A stretch of DNA of 49,568 nt from a virus (IMGVR_UViG_3300044670_001468:1-49568), one strand, 5' to 3'. Positions 36,697 through 46,133 are shown, counted from the first letter of the stretch. Notes: generated from the sequence alone by a model not told the origin. Made by a program: numbers and translations.

Positions 36697-38026
36697 CGAG
36701 ACAGACAAGGAATACAAACGCAGGGTCATTGACATCAAGAGTGAGTCATTCTGCGGAGCCAAGTGGTATAATGCCACCATATGGTTAGGATCTGGCATGA
36801 CAACTAGTTGCCATCATCCCTTGCCACACAAGGTTACTACAGTAGAAGTGGAACGCAATCCCAAGGCCTTACATAACACCGAACAGAAGAAGAAAGAACG
36901 TGCAGAAATGCAGGCAGGCCTTAGACCCAAGGGCTGTGAATACTGCTGGAAGATCGAGGACATGGGCAAGGATGCCGTGTCGGACAGGGTTTATAAAACA
37001 TTATTATACACAGATGAGGAACTAGATGAAGCCTACAACACACCTTGGACACAGGATACTGACCTTAGAACTTTGGAAATTTCTTTTGATAGGACTTGCC
37101 AGTTGGCTTGTAGTTATTGCAACCCCGCTTTTAGCAGTGCTTGGGTTCGCGACATTAAGTTCAACGGCGAGTATACCAACTTGGTTAGTGACGGTCGCAA
37201 CCACTTTACTCATACTCACGATAGCAGTCAGCTTTATACTATCCACGATAATAATCCTTATGTTGAGGCCTTCTTCCGTTGGTGGAAATCAGACCTACAC
37301 AAGACGCTAACTGAGCTACGCATAACAGGCGGCGAGCCGTTGATGTCAGGATACACTTGGCAGTTGTTTGATTGGTTCAAAAAAAATAAGGGACAATCAA
37401 AGACACGTATAGCCATCAACAGTAACTTGGCATTTGAGAAAGACAAGATAGATAGGCTATTAGAAGCCGCAGAAGATGTTGAACTGGACATATACACATC
37501 ATGTGAGGCAACACATGATCATGCTGAGTATATCAGGGACGGCCTAGATTATGCCCAATGGCTAGACAATGTTGAATATCTATTAGCCAGCAAGAGGCTC
37601 AGAGGCATGAACATAATGTGCACCATAAATGCACTGTGTTTAGAAACACTGCCTTACTTTATAAAACAGATCGTCAAACTTAAACAGAAATATGGCAGAG
37701 ATAGCATCTGTATATCACTAAATATCCTACGCTTTCCTAGTTTCCAATCACCTCTGGTGTTGCCTAAGGAAATTAGACAAGCACAGGCTAATAGGTTAGG
37801 CATTGTAAAAACAAACTACACGGAATGGTTCCACGAGTTTGAGATTAATCATTTAGAAAGATTGATAGACTATTTAGAAACAGTGGAAACACCACATTCA
37901 GAAGCATTTGAAATGCCCAAACTACACAACGACTTTAAGCAGTTCTATAGTCAATATGACGAACGTAGGAAGAAGAATTTCACAGAAACATTTAAATTAT
38001 TAAGTGACTGGTATGAGCAACTATAA
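36680..38026 (+). CDS. N-terminal-twitch radical SAM protein 3
   Basis: CGAKW...SCHHP...CEYCW, then CQLACSYC and RITGGEPL. ATG 36680 fits the AAGGAG SD. Confidence 0.88.
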   Translation: MPKKHNETDKEYKRRVIDIKSESFCGAKWYNATIWLGSGMTTSCHHPLPHKVTTVEVERNPKALHNTEQKKKERAEMQAGLRPKGCEYCWKIEDMGKDAVSDRVYKTLLYTDEELDEAYNTPWTQDTDLRTLEISFDRTCQLACSYCNPAFSSAWVRDIKFNGEYTNLVSDGRNHFTHTHDSSQLYTIHDNNPYVEAFFRWWKSDLHKTLTELRITGGEPLMSGYTWQLFDWFKKNKGQSKTRIAINSNLAFEKDKIDRLLEAAEDVELDIYTSCEATHDHAEYIRDGLDYAQWLDNVEYLLASKRLRGMNIMCTINALCLETLPYFIKQIVKLKQKYGRDSICISLNILRFPSFQSPLVLPKEIRQAQANRLGIVKTNYTEWFHEFEINHLERLIDYLETVETPHSEAFEMPKLHNDFKQFYSQYDERRKKNFTETFKLLSDWYEQL

Positions 38027-39293
38027 TTACAATTCATCAGACCCAGTAAAGATAAGTCTAGATCAATTAACTGAGCGTGAAAAGTTTTTGTTAACTGAAT
38101 CAAAAACATTTTGTATGTATCCATGGATCCATCTGCATAGTTACCCAACGGGCGATGCCTATCCATGTTGCCATGCTGAATATCAAGCGGGAGACTTTGG
38201 CAACTGTCAGCAACAATCAATGCAGGAGATATGGTCAAATGATAAGATGATCAAGCTCAGGAATGACATGCTGAACGAGAGGGAACATCCTGCCTGCACC
38301 AGATGTTATGAGCAGGAGAAGGCTGGATTCTTTAGTGGTCGCAAGTCAGCCAACAAGCATCACGGACACAATATCAAGAAGGGCGTTGAATTAGATCCTC
38401 CATTTGAGATGTCATATTGGGACATACGCTTTAGCAATCTATGTAATCTAAGTTGTCGTTCATGTGGTCATATCTTTTCATCAAGTTGGTATCAAGATCA
38501 AAAAGAACTAGCCGGACCCGAATGGGGCAAGAAGAACAAAGCATTGTTCTGGGCAGGACGACACGAAACAGACATGATCGAACAGTTGATGGAACACTTG
38601 GACTATGTGGAGCAGATATACTTTGCTGGTGGCGAACCGTTGATGATGGACGAGCATTATGTCATCCTGGAAGAACTGGAAAAGCGTAAGAAGTTTGATG
38701 TGAGGCTAGTTTATAATACAAACTTTACCAAGACAAAACTAAAGGATCGTTCAGTGTTTGATTACTGGAAGAAGTTTGATAGCGTTGCAGTGGGTGCTAG
38801 CCTTGACGCTATGGGCTCACACGCAGAGTATATTAGAAAAGGCACTAAATGGACAGAGGTAGAAGAAAATAGGCGTCTTATGATAGAAATATGTCCTAAT
38901 GTCGATTTTTATATCAGTCCTACACTGAGCATACAAAATGCCCTACATCTGCCAGACTTCCATCGTGATTGGGTTGAACGGGGATTAATACAACCACAGG
39001 ACTTAAATGTTAATCTATTACAAGATCCAGAGTGGTTGCGTATAGATATTGCTCCGGGACACTATAAAGAAAAGATACGTGTTAAGTATCAAGAACACTT
39101 AGAATGGTTACGTCCGTTAGATAAACTTAACAGAGCAACAGTGGGATTTGAGTCAGCACTAAACTTTTTAAAAACAGATAATACTAAGTTACTTCCTAAA
39201 TTTTGGGAACGCATGGATAAGTTAGACAAGATGCGTAACGAAAATTTATCAGAAGCAATACCGGAGTTAAATGAAATACGAATCAATAATTAA
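38013..39293 (+). CDS. N-terminal-twitch radical SAM protein 4
   Basis: CMYPW...PTG.AYPCC...CTRC, then CNLSCRSC and YFAGGEPL. Confidence 0.88.
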   Translation: MSNYNYNSSDPVKISLDQLTEREKFLLTESKTFCMYPWIHLHSYPTGDAYPCCHAEYQAGDFGNCQQQSMQEIWSNDKMIKLRNDMLNEREHPACTRCYEQEKAGFFSGRKSANKHHGHNIKKGVELDPPFEMSYWDIRFSNLCNLSCRSCGHIFSSSWYQDQKELAGPEWGKKNKALFWAGRHETDMIEQLMEHLDYVEQIYFAGGEPLMMDEHYVILEELEKRKKFDVRLVYNTNFTKTKLKDRSVFDYWKKFDSVAVGASLDAMGSHAEYIRKGTKWTEVEENRRLMIEICPNVDFYISPTLSIQNALHLPDFHRDWVERGLIQPQDLNVNLLQDPEWLRIDIAPGHYKEKIRVKYQEHLEWLRPLDKLNRATVGFESALNFLKTDNTKLLPKFWERMDKLDKMRNENLSEAIPELNEIRINN

Positions 39294-40860
39294 ATCGTTA
39301 TCTTTACAATATAATGTATACAGCATCGATGGCTCAACCGATCTGTTGAGACAACTGCAAAAAATACATAAGACCAGTTATGACAACAATGAGAGGATAG
39401 TTGTGTCCATGCCTGACATCTCAAAGTTAAACGACTTACAAAATATTATCAATGGTCTAGACATATCAAATTTCTTTGTAATGATAGTAACTGAAGATAA
39501 AAGAGCTGTTGAAGAAATAGAACGTGTAACACGTGAGCTCAGTTATGATCCTATACCTTTCACTGTTGTCTTGGTGTCTGATGACAACTACAGCATACAT
39601 CAACAATCAACCAGTGACACTGACCATTCCACATTGGAATCCAGGATAGAAAGTTTACATTTGCCCAACAAGGAGTTCTGTGTGTTACCATGGGTGGCCC
39701 TGGAGATACAACCAAATGGTGAGCATGCCGTGTGTTGTCTGGCCGAGGAAACGATCAAGGACGAGCAGGGACAGGTATTAACGGTGACAAAAAATTCTCT
39801 AGACGAGGTGTTAGATTCATATTCAATGAAACGACTTCGACAGGAATTCCTAGCAAACAAAAAACCAGATACCTGTGCCAAATGCTGGAGAGTGGAGGAT
39901 GCGGGAGGAGTCAGCAAGCGCCTTAACACATTAGATAGACTAAAGCATTTGGGCATTGCCAACCAAACATGGACAGAAGAACGCAAAGAACTTTTAATGT
40001 TTGATCTTAAGGTGGGTAATATCTGTAATTTAAAATGTCGTATATGTGGCAGTTACTCATCAAGTCAAATTGCCACAGAAGAATTACCTAAGGAAAATAA
40101 AAAATCTAGTTTTGCATATCAAATGATCGAGCAAGGGCGTTGGCCAAGGGAACAAGAACATTTTTGGACTAGATTAAATGAGCTCAGTAATGAGATACAA
40201 TATCTAGAATTCACTGGTGGAGAACCTTTTTTGATCCAGGAGCACTTTGATTTCCTACAGCAATTAGTTGATCTAAATATTGCCGGACAGGTAGAAATAC
40301 ATTATAATACCAACGGCACACAATATCCAGAAAAAGCCATTGACATATGGAAGAACTTTAAATTAGTTGAAATAGCATTTTCAATAGATGACGTCGGACC
40401 GAGATTTGAATATCAACGTAAGAATGCGTCATGGCATGAAGTAAACAACAATATACAAAAATTTAAAAAACTTAAACAAGAATTAGGCAACATACATCTA
40501 CAAGTATGTTCGACTATTAATGTCTTCAATGTAATGTATCTTGAAGGACTAGCAAATTGGATTGATGAACAGGGGTTTGATAATGTCTATTGGAACATGT
40601 TACATGATGAAGAATCAGTCAGTATAAGAAGTTTGCATCCAATAGCTAAAATACGTGCCACTGCAAAACTATCTCTGGCACAGGTTAGTGAACAGCACAA
40701 AAAAGAATTTAACAACGCTATCCAGTTTATGGAAAATGGCCAGAGTAGTGACGGAAGGGCATTACTTGAAAAGATTAGACAAAAGGATTCAATAAGAAAT
40801 GAGAACTTGTGGAATCATCATCCTGAATTAGCAGAGGCCTTAGGCTATGAAAGAACCTAA
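39271..40860 (+). CDS. N-terminal-twitch radical SAM protein 5, with an extra ~130-aa N-terminal region
   Basis: CVLPW...PNG..AVCC...CAKCW, then CNLKCRIC and EFTGGEPF. Confidence 0.87.
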   Translation: MKYESIIKSLSLQYNVYSIDGSTDLLRQLQKIHKTSYDNNERIVVSMPDISKLNDLQNIINGLDISNFFVMIVTEDKRAVEEIERVTRELSYDPIPFTVVLVSDDNYSIHQQSTSDTDHSTLESRIESLHLPNKEFCVLPWVALEIQPNGEHAVCCLAEETIKDEQGQVLTVTKNSLDEVLDSYSMKRLRQEFLANKKPDTCAKCWRVEDAGGVSKRLNTLDRLKHLGIANQTWTEERKELLMFDLKVGNICNLKCRICGSYSSSQIATEELPKENKKSSFAYQMIEQGRWPREQEHFWTRLNELSNEIQYLEFTGGEPFLIQEHFDFLQQLVDLNIAGQVEIHYNTNGTQYPEKAIDIWKNFKLVEIAFSIDDVGPRFEYQRKNASWHEVNNNIQKFKKLKQELGNIHLQVCSTINVFNVMYLEGLANWIDEQGFDNVYWNMLHDEESVSIRSLHPIAKIRATAKLSLAQVSEQHKKEFNNAIQFMENGQSSDGRALLEKIRQKDSIRNENLWNHHPELAEALGYERT

Positions 40861-42154
40861 GAACAGACCTGCTACACTATGTATGGCTCCCTGGACGCAT
40901 ACATATCTATCGCCACAGACTGAAAGACGCATGTGCTGTGCATCAAGAGAACCTGCACAGAACTTTGAGCAGTATATAGATACCAAGGCAGGCACAGGCA
41001 AGTATATCCCCCTCACACTGGATGAGCATTGGAACAGTGAACACATGAAGAGTGTCCGTAAAAGAATGATGGCGGGCGAGACCTTGCCTGAGTGTGAGGT
41101 CTGCAATGATAAACTGTTGAACACTGACGTTTACCGGACATATTTTGATCGATTGTTCTCCAGTAAATACTATAGCAAGATATGGAACACGACGGACGAA
41201 ACGGGCCACACCACGATGAAGCCCGTTAGTTGGGATTACAGGTTCACCAATTTATGTAATTTCAAATGCCGCATGTGTGGGGATATGTTGTCCAGTGCAT
41301 GGGAGTCGGAGCAACGCAAGCACGGGATGATAGATTTCAAGAACCCCAAGAATAATTGGATGGTGCCTGAGATCCGTGAGGAAATATCCAAGTTCCAGGA
41401 CACACAGATCGAACAGGAGTTCGCCGAGGCGGTAGAAGACCATAGGGTCGAGGAAGTATACTGGGTCGGTGGAGAACCGTTGATGTATGAGCAACATTGG
41501 CGATACATGCAACGCATCATTGAATTAGGAGATGGACCAAATGTCTATGCTCGATACAATACCAACCTCAGCCGGGTGGATTATCGCGGCTGTAATCTTT
41601 ATAGTGATATCCTTGATAAGTTACGCGATTGGCAGATATGTGCAAGCCTCGACGGAACAGGAGCGATTGGCGAATATATTAGGACGGGTCTCAACTATCC
41701 TGATTGGCTTAAGAATTTCGATCAGGGACTTGAGACAGCGGTTCATAGAAGGCAACTCAGAATTGACTTCACGCTCACACTCCCCGGACTATTCGAAGTT
41801 CAAAATATCCAAGAACTTGCTCAAGAAAGAGGAGTAGACATCCTGGCCAAGGTGGTGTTCGCGTTCACGCCGGACATCATCATGAGCCCCTTGGCCTTGC
41901 CCAAACACATATTACATCCATGGCTTGATGAATTAATTGCAAGATCAACAGGTGCCATGCGAGATGTGTTAGTCCAACTTAAAACAAGACCAACGTTTGA
42001 AGAACAATGGCCCGACACATATGAGCAGGGCATCATTAATGGCAAGAATCGCATGCTACAATTAGAAGTAATAAGAAAAGATACCTATACCATGCGTGAC
42101 ATATTAAGTAATAGATCAGAAGCATTAGAATGGTGGGACGACATTGGAAGTTAA
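40847..42154 (+). CDS. N-terminal-twitch radical SAM protein 6
   Basis: CMAPW...RMCC...CEVC, then CNFKCRMC and YWVGGEPL. Confidence 0.88.
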   Translation: MKEPKNRPATLCMAPWTHTYLSPQTERRMCCASREPAQNFEQYIDTKAGTGKYIPLTLDEHWNSEHMKSVRKRMMAGETLPECEVCNDKLLNTDVYRTYFDRLFSSKYYSKIWNTTDETGHTTMKPVSWDYRFTNLCNFKCRMCGDMLSSAWESEQRKHGMIDFKNPKNNWMVPEIREEISKFQDTQIEQEFAEAVEDHRVEEVYWVGGEPLMYEQHWRYMQRIIELGDGPNVYARYNTNLSRVDYRGCNLYSDILDKLRDWQICASLDGTGAIGEYIRTGLNYPDWLKNFDQGLETAVHRRQLRIDFTLTLPGLFEVQNIQELAQERGVDILAKVVFAFTPDIIMSPLALPKHILHPWLDELIARSTGAMRDVLVQLKTRPTFEEQWPDTYEQGIINGKNRMLQLEVIRKDTYTMRDILSNRSEALEWWDDIGS

Positions 42155-43232
42155 AGTTACATTAAGAAATCCGTTAAACAAGCAAGATACTTTAGATTAT
42201 TGGATAATTGCTGACAAACATCAGTTAGCACAGGAATGGATTACAAGTCTTAAAGAAATACTTGCTAGTAATCTAACAATACAAAAAGAATTTTGCTTTT
42301 TAGGTTTCCCTAACTCAGCAAGAACATTAGAATATCTTTGCGACAAGTTAAATCAAGAAATAGAAATCATTAATAACTATGACTACACCCAGCACGGTTT
42401 AGAAGATTATGTAATAGAAGAGTGGTTTCATCCTAATGTTGTGCGTTTTCCTGATTCATACGAAGTAGAACCAAAGCGTGTGTGGATGACATCTGGAGAG
42501 CCTACACGTGAAGCACTGGGTCTGCGTATCAAACATGAAGTAATGAATCAATTACACAATCACTTTGAGCTACTAGAAGGCACAGTAGAGAATCCTAGTA
42601 GATACGGACAAGTAAGTCCGCCTCGTGTGAGACAGGCCATTGGAGAATTAAACATATTGTGCCATGAAATGGAAAGTTTAATTCTAAGTCAACGTAAAGC
42701 CCGTGTTCAACCTGAATGGGTAAGGCCAAGTCAAATAACAGTATTTCCCAACTGTGAAAGAAAACAATTAACAGATGAGCATAGACAGGGCTTTTTGGAT
42801 AATAGTTTTGACAGAGAGTTTGGACATGTCTACATGCACTGGACTCAGATAGGCAAGACTCTACACGAGGTATGGCGAGATGAAGATGCACCAGATCTAG
42901 ATGCTACGATCTGTGATGCAATAACAGAGCTACAATATTTCTCTGGAGAGTTTGACATTGAATGGGCAAAGAGTGTTACCATTAAAGACGAATGGCATCA
43001 AAAGGGAATGTTACAGTTTGAAAATTGGTTATTAAAACACGGACTAGATCCCAAAGATCCAAAGTTAAGTCTAGGATACCTACATCTGGGATATGTTGAT
43101 CTAAAACGTAGTTTTGGCACAGAGGATATGTTTGAGATTTGGCGTCAGCTTGAGACACACCTCGATATATACAGTATAGAAGTCGACGGTGTAAAACAAA
43201 CATTTGATTATTGTTGGAGTGATGAAAAATGA
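42144..43232 (+). CDS. hypothetical protein (paired His/Glu motifs, possible metalloprotein)
   Basis: 362-aa ORF overlapping both neighbours. Contains NQLHNHFE and LNILCHEME. Confidence 0.65.
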   Translation: MEVKVTLRNPLNKQDTLDYWIIADKHQLAQEWITSLKEILASNLTIQKEFCFLGFPNSARTLEYLCDKLNQEIEIINNYDYTQHGLEDYVIEEWFHPNVVRFPDSYEVEPKRVWMTSGEPTREALGLRIKHEVMNQLHNHFELLEGTVENPSRYGQVSPPRVRQAIGELNILCHEMESLILSQRKARVQPEWVRPSQITVFPNCERKQLTDEHRQGFLDNSFDREFGHVYMHWTQIGKTLHEVWRDEDAPDLDATICDAITELQYFSGEFDIEWAKSVTIKDEWHQKGMLQFENWLLKHGLDPKDPKLSLGYLHLGYVDLKRSFGTEDMFEIWRQLETHLDIYSIEVDGVKQTFDYCWSDEK

Positions 43233-43330
43233 AGTGGATCAGAAATTTAATTAACAGGATTAAATTAGAGTTACGATATCGTAAAAAATTAAAAGAACTC
43301 AAGAAACGTGATCCGTTTATATACAAGTAA
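43229..43330 (+). CDS. 33-aa basic peptide MKWIRNLINRIKLELRYRKKLKELKKRDPFIYK
   Basis: Not in the ORF track. ATGA overlap upstream, GGAG SD, TAATG coupling downstream. Fills the gap exactly. Confidence 0.75.
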   Translation: MKWIRNLINRIKLELRYRKKLKELKKRDPFIYK

Positions 43331-43503
43331 TGGAAGAAGTTAAATCGCCATGTGTTTCAATATGTGCCTTGCATGAAGGGATATGTCAAGGCTGTGGACG
43401 AACACAAGAAGAAATATCAGGTTGGTGGGACATGACTAACGAAGAGAAACAACAGGTTTTAGAAAATATTCTGAAGAGACAAGATGAGTTATTTGGGGAT
43501 TAG
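43330..43503 (+). CDS. DUF1289-family small Cys4 (predicted Fe-S/metal) protein
   Basis: Manual translation MEEVKSPCVSICALHEGICQGCGRTQEEISGWWDMTNEEKQQVLENILKRQDELFGD carries the SPC..IC....C.GCGRT..EI..W signature. Confidence 0.82.
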   Translation: MEEVKSPCVSICALHEGICQGCGRTQEEISGWWDMTNEEKQQVLENILKRQDELFGD

Positions 43504-44977
43504 TGCGGGTTTCCATGACGCTTCGATAAGCGTCATTGATTTCAACGGTGACATCAACTTCGCCGGACATGCTGAGCGTTATTCTAAACAAAAGAATGAC
43601 TCGTGCCTCAACACTGACATGTTCCTAGACGCATACACGCATGCGGGAATGATCACGCACATCGCTTATTATGAAAAGCCTCTATTAAAACAATTACGAA
43701 ACTGGCGTTCTGGGATAGGATTTGATTGGAAACGGATGTCCACGTGGCAAGTGCTGGATCGCGAGATACCTCCCAGAGCCTGGAAGATGATAGGCACGGG
43801 CATACCACAGTCAAGTTACCATCATCACAAATCACACGCGGCCGCAGGATTCCAAACAAGTCCGTATGATGATGCCACAGTTGTTGTTATAGACGCCATC
43901 GGCGAGTTTGACACCATAAGCATATGGCACGCATACTATGATCGCAACGGACAGGCTCAGTATACGAAACTATGGAATCAGAAGTATCCACACTCAGTTG
44001 GCCTCTTCTATTCAGCCATGACACAGCGTGCAGGACTTAAACCCAATGAGGACGAATACATCTTGATGGGCATGTCGGCATACGCAAGACCAGACTACAA
44101 TGTCTATGCTGAATTCATAAAAGACAAAGACGACATAGAGTTCTATGACAATCTACATGCTGGCTGTGAAGAATACAGACCAGAGATGACAGACTTCCAG
44201 ATCGCCGCATCCGCACAATACACCGTGGAACAGTGTGTATATAGGATAATGGAGAAAGCACGTAAACTTGGAAAAAGCAAAAACTTAGTCTACATGGGCG
44301 GAGTTGCTCTTAACTGCTCGGCAAACGAACAGCTAGGTAACTACTTTGAAAACGTATGGATCATGCCCAATCCGGGTGATGCGGGCAGTAGTCTCGGAGC
44401 CGCGGCGTTGGCCTACGGCAAGCGGATTAATTGGAAGCATCCATATCTGGGAACGAAGATAGAAGGACCATATCCTGTCAACGGAATACTGGATGAATTA
44501 CTTACTAAAAAGATAGTGGGAGTGGCGAGTGGACGTGCAGAGTTTGGTCCACGTGCATTGGGTAATAGATCATTGTTAGCAGACCCAAGAGGTCCAGAAA
44601 TAAAAGACAAGGTCAATGAGATCAAACGCAGACAAAAGTTCCGTCCTTTTGCTCCCGTAATATTAGAAGAATATGTTAACGAGTATTTTCAAATGCCCAA
44701 GGGCTTTCCTACCAGTCCCTACATGCAGACCACAGCAACCTGCAAGAAGCCCTCAGAATTCCCTGCCATCATACATCAGGATGGAACAAGCCGTGTGCAA
44801 ACAGTGGCAAAGGATTGTGGCAGTGGTATAAGAGAGTTATTAGAAAAATGGTTTGTGATCACGGGCTGTCCTATGCTATTAAACACCAGTTTGAATATCA
44901 AGGGAGAACCAATGGTCAATGATCGTGTGGATGCTGATCGATTTGAGAAACATTATGGAGTTAAGGTAGTCTCTTAA
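43484..44977 (+). CDS. O-carbamoyltransferase (NodU/CmcH/TobZ family)
   Basis: GI.AGFHDAS, HH.SHAA, IDAIGE, GGVALNC, PGDAG.SLG, EFGPRALGNRS, FRPFAP and LLNTSLN. Confidence 0.95.
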   Translation: MSYLGISAGFHDASISVIDFNGDINFAGHAERYSKQKNDSCLNTDMFLDAYTHAGMITHIAYYEKPLLKQLRNWRSGIGFDWKRMSTWQVLDREIPPRAWKMIGTGIPQSSYHHHKSHAAAGFQTSPYDDATVVVIDAIGEFDTISIWHAYYDRNGQAQYTKLWNQKYPHSVGLFYSAMTQRAGLKPNEDEYILMGMSAYARPDYNVYAEFIKDKDDIEFYDNLHAGCEEYRPEMTDFQIAASAQYTVEQCVYRIMEKARKLGKSKNLVYMGGVALNCSANEQLGNYFENVWIMPNPGDAGSSLGAAALAYGKRINWKHPYLGTKIEGPYPVNGILDELLTKKIVGVASGRAEFGPRALGNRSLLADPRGPEIKDKVNEIKRRQKFRPFAPVILEEYVNEYFQMPKGFPTSPYMQTTATCKKPSEFPAIIHQDGTSRVQTVAKDCGSGIRELLEKWFVITGCPMLLNTSLNIKGEPMVNDRVDADRFEKHYGVKVVS

Positions 44978-46133
44978 AAACTTGTTCTAATTCTTGTTTT
45001 TTATTTCTTTTAAACCAGGCCTGGTTGTGTAGTATCGTTGAAGTCATTTCAATATGTTTTTTATGTAGGTCTTCCAAACTCATATCAGCAATCTTTCTAA
45101 CAATTTCTATAATGGCATACCATCGGTAACGGACATTCTTTTCTTGATCATAGCTCTCATCAACCCAGGGGCTGAAAGTCTTATATCCTTGTTCACTAAG
45201 TAGTTCTAAACTTCCGGGTGTTCCTAATATAACAAAAGGTTGTCCATACTTGATTGGCTTAAATGTTTTTTCAGTGAGGAACACTCCCCCGGTGGCATCC
45301 ATGTATGTTTCCATAACTATGTTCCAATAACTATCTGTAAACAAATAATCAACACTTAATGAATGATCGTTGTGTTCGTCTGTGTTAAGGTTATCTGCAC
45401 TCAGAGGTAGCGAATCCTCAAATTTCTTAGATGGGTAATCTATCCCCCGGATGATATCATCCTTGTATGTCTGTCCTCTAATAAACCACCAATTTAAAAT
45501 AGATTGATCTTTAAACTGATCTTTGTTTTTAACATTCCCATAGCTCACATAAGCGTCTTTGGTTAATCCGTCCTTCCATATATTATAGACAAATTCTTTC
45601 CTATATTGCTTATGGACACGATTTAGGCAGGTATATTTCTTAGTCTTGCAGTCAAATATGGTTGGTGCAGGTATGCTAGTATTCTGTATTTCAAATAGAT
45701 ATTCATGGTATTGTAGGTAGGCCATACCATCTATGGAATTAGCGACACTATTTCCGCTCAGAAAGAATATTAATTCTCGATCAATGGAATGTTGTTGGCA
45801 TAATTCTTGTAATCTTTTCTCTATCTCAAAAGGATCGTCGGGCTCACTGTAGATGAATAATATTCTTAATCTCTTCTGTCTCACCCGATCCAACACCTCA
45901 TCTCTGATATAGTTAAAATAATCGCAGGCAAAATCAAAGAAGTAAATATTGATGGGATACCAAGTGCTGTGATCCGTGTCCTCAAACTCAACCCGAGAAT
46001 ATCCAACATCGTGTTGATCGAGGAACTTATCCAGGGCACAGGGCCTGACATAGGGAGCACCATATGCTTGACTTTCGTGTTCCTTTAAGTTATAATTGCT
46101 ATTATTTTCTAAATAAAGTTTAATGTTTGACAT
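44961..46133 (-). CDS. hypothetical protein, possible GT-B fold transferase
   Basis: CLNR....R, W.IV.ET and FLTEKTFKPI..GQPF..LG..G.L..L...GYKTF...DESYD, reminiscent of the GT10 'TEK' motif. Start at ATG 46133 is inferred because the upstream extension is antisense to the next gene. Confidence 0.55.
   Translation of the reverse strand: MSNIKLYLENNSNYNLKEHESQAYGAPYVRPCALDKFLDQHDVGYSRVEFEDTDHSTWYPINIYFFDFACDYFNYIRDEVLDRVRQKRLRILFIYSEPDDPFEIEKRLQELCQQHSIDRELIFFLSGNSVANSIDGMAYLQYHEYLFEIQNTSIPAPTIFDCKTKKYTCLNRVHKQYRKEFVYNIWKDGLTKDAYVSYGNVKNKDQFKDQSILNWWFIRGQTYKDDIIRGIDYPSKKFEDSLPLSADNLNTDEHNDHSLSVDYLFTDSYWNIVMETYMDATGGVFLTEKTFKPIKYGQPFVILGTPGSLELLSEQGYKTFSPWVDESYDQEKNVRYRWYAIIEIVRKIADMSLEDLHKKHIEMTSTILHNQAWFKRNKKQELEQVFKRLP

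Noticed and set aside
34212-42154. 7-deazaguanine (QueE), NrdG or MoaA-type housekeeping radical SAM roles
   Set aside because: No queC, queD, folE, dpdA, nrdD or moaC genes in the window, and the N-terminal twitch architecture does not match.
30529-44977. Classical RiPP cluster (ranthipeptide/sactipeptide)
   Set aside because: No recognisable PqqD/RRE domain, peptidase, transporter or leader-core precursor. The neighbours are sugar enzymes. Retained only as a minor alternative.
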